This document shows positions 62,971 through 64,000 of a stretch of DNA of 64,000 nt, piece after piece. Below the pieces are notes generated by a model. It saw only the letters and a program-made list of their open reading frames with translations, searched no databases and was not told where the DNA came from. Source of the DNA: Camelus dromedarius. Its lineage: Eukaryota. The translations under genes were made by a program, and so were the position numbers. The stretch is from positions 13,704,001 through 13,768,000 of the forward strand of contig NC_087437.1 of assembly GCF_036321535.1 (NCBI RefSeq), written 5' to 3'. Position 1 is the stretch's first letter, and every line of letters begins with the position of its first letter.

Positions 62971-64000
62971 ATACTGATATTCCTACCTACCTCCCAGGTT
63001 TGCCGTGAAGATTAAATGAATGTATGTGAAAAACGAAATGCGAGATAACTGTTATACTTAGCTTTTTATAGCTCTTCATATGGGATTTGGGAAGGGAGGA
63101 CTGGGAAACAGGCATACTCCATCCCCAGTTTTGAATAGGGAAGTTTCATTATTAATATTATTATTGATGAGGAACAAAAAAATTCCTATTCTAAGAAAAT
63201 AAAAAAAGAGATGGGTGCTGGGGTTCCCCTAGGATGTACACCACTACTTGGAAGTCAACAGACTTCTGAATCAGCTGCTCATTCACCACTGCTGGGCTGT
63301 TCAAAGTGAGCCTTCAAAGCGTAGTAAAGGACCGACTCAGGCATCTTCCTGGAGGAACAGGACAAAGGAAGACGGAGTGATGGGGAGGGCAGATGGAGGG
63401 AGATGGAAACTGGTGGACAGCTTGTCTCGAGGAGAAAAGTAGAAAACCAGGAGGCTCAGGGCTCCTGAAAAGGCAGCTAAGAAAAAATAATCTGGACAAC
63501 AGAGGAGGAAAATCTGGACAAAAGTTTGTTACCCACCCCCTCAAATGTACCTCTTAGGTTACCACATGTTTATTTCCCTGGACAAATGAGCACTAAAAGC
63601 CTTCAGTTATTCCTGAAATAAATACAATTGAATGTAAAAGTTGTAGGCTAAGAAGCCTTCATTTTGTACTAAAATAAAACAGCAAAAGTCACTGTTGGGT
63701 TAGGGCCCGCTCCACCGACCTCATCTAACCTGAATTATCTCTCAGAGACAACAAAGGGTAGGTGAGCTGAAGGGCTGGTAGCCAGCTCATCAAGAAGAGG
63801 TCAGAGACAGGAAAAGTGTGCACACGAGGAAAGGGGTAAACAGGACACTAGCAGTGTGGGAGAGAGAAGAGCGTGCAAGCAATCCAGATTCAAATCCAGA
63901 CTATGCCACTTCCGTGTTATGAGATCTTGGGCAGAATGCCAAAATTCTCCAAGTCTTGGCTTCATCACTGGCAAAAAAAAAAAAAAAAAAAGATTATCGA

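Overview
This is mammalian genomic DNA, most likely camelid (alpaca, vicuna or camel), judged from two tRNA-derived Vic-1-type SINEs. I found no intact protein-coding gene; the window is mostly LINE-1, L2/MIR, LTR and hAT DNA-transposon remnants. Two minus-strand exons match the 3' half of the ciliary kinase gene NEK10, and both carry lesions. Exon 44314-44527 (end of kinase domain plus coiled coil) has its donor changed from GT to AT. Exon 10280-10386 has a 4-nt frameshifting deletion. Several exons expected between and above them could not be found by eye, and a 3'-amputated L1 near 50190 marks a deletion junction. The main hypothesis is that NEK10 is a decayed, possibly unitary, pseudogene in this lineage, with RFX X-box motifs still present in an intron. 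The human NEK10 comparison and all repeat family names come from memory, not database searches.
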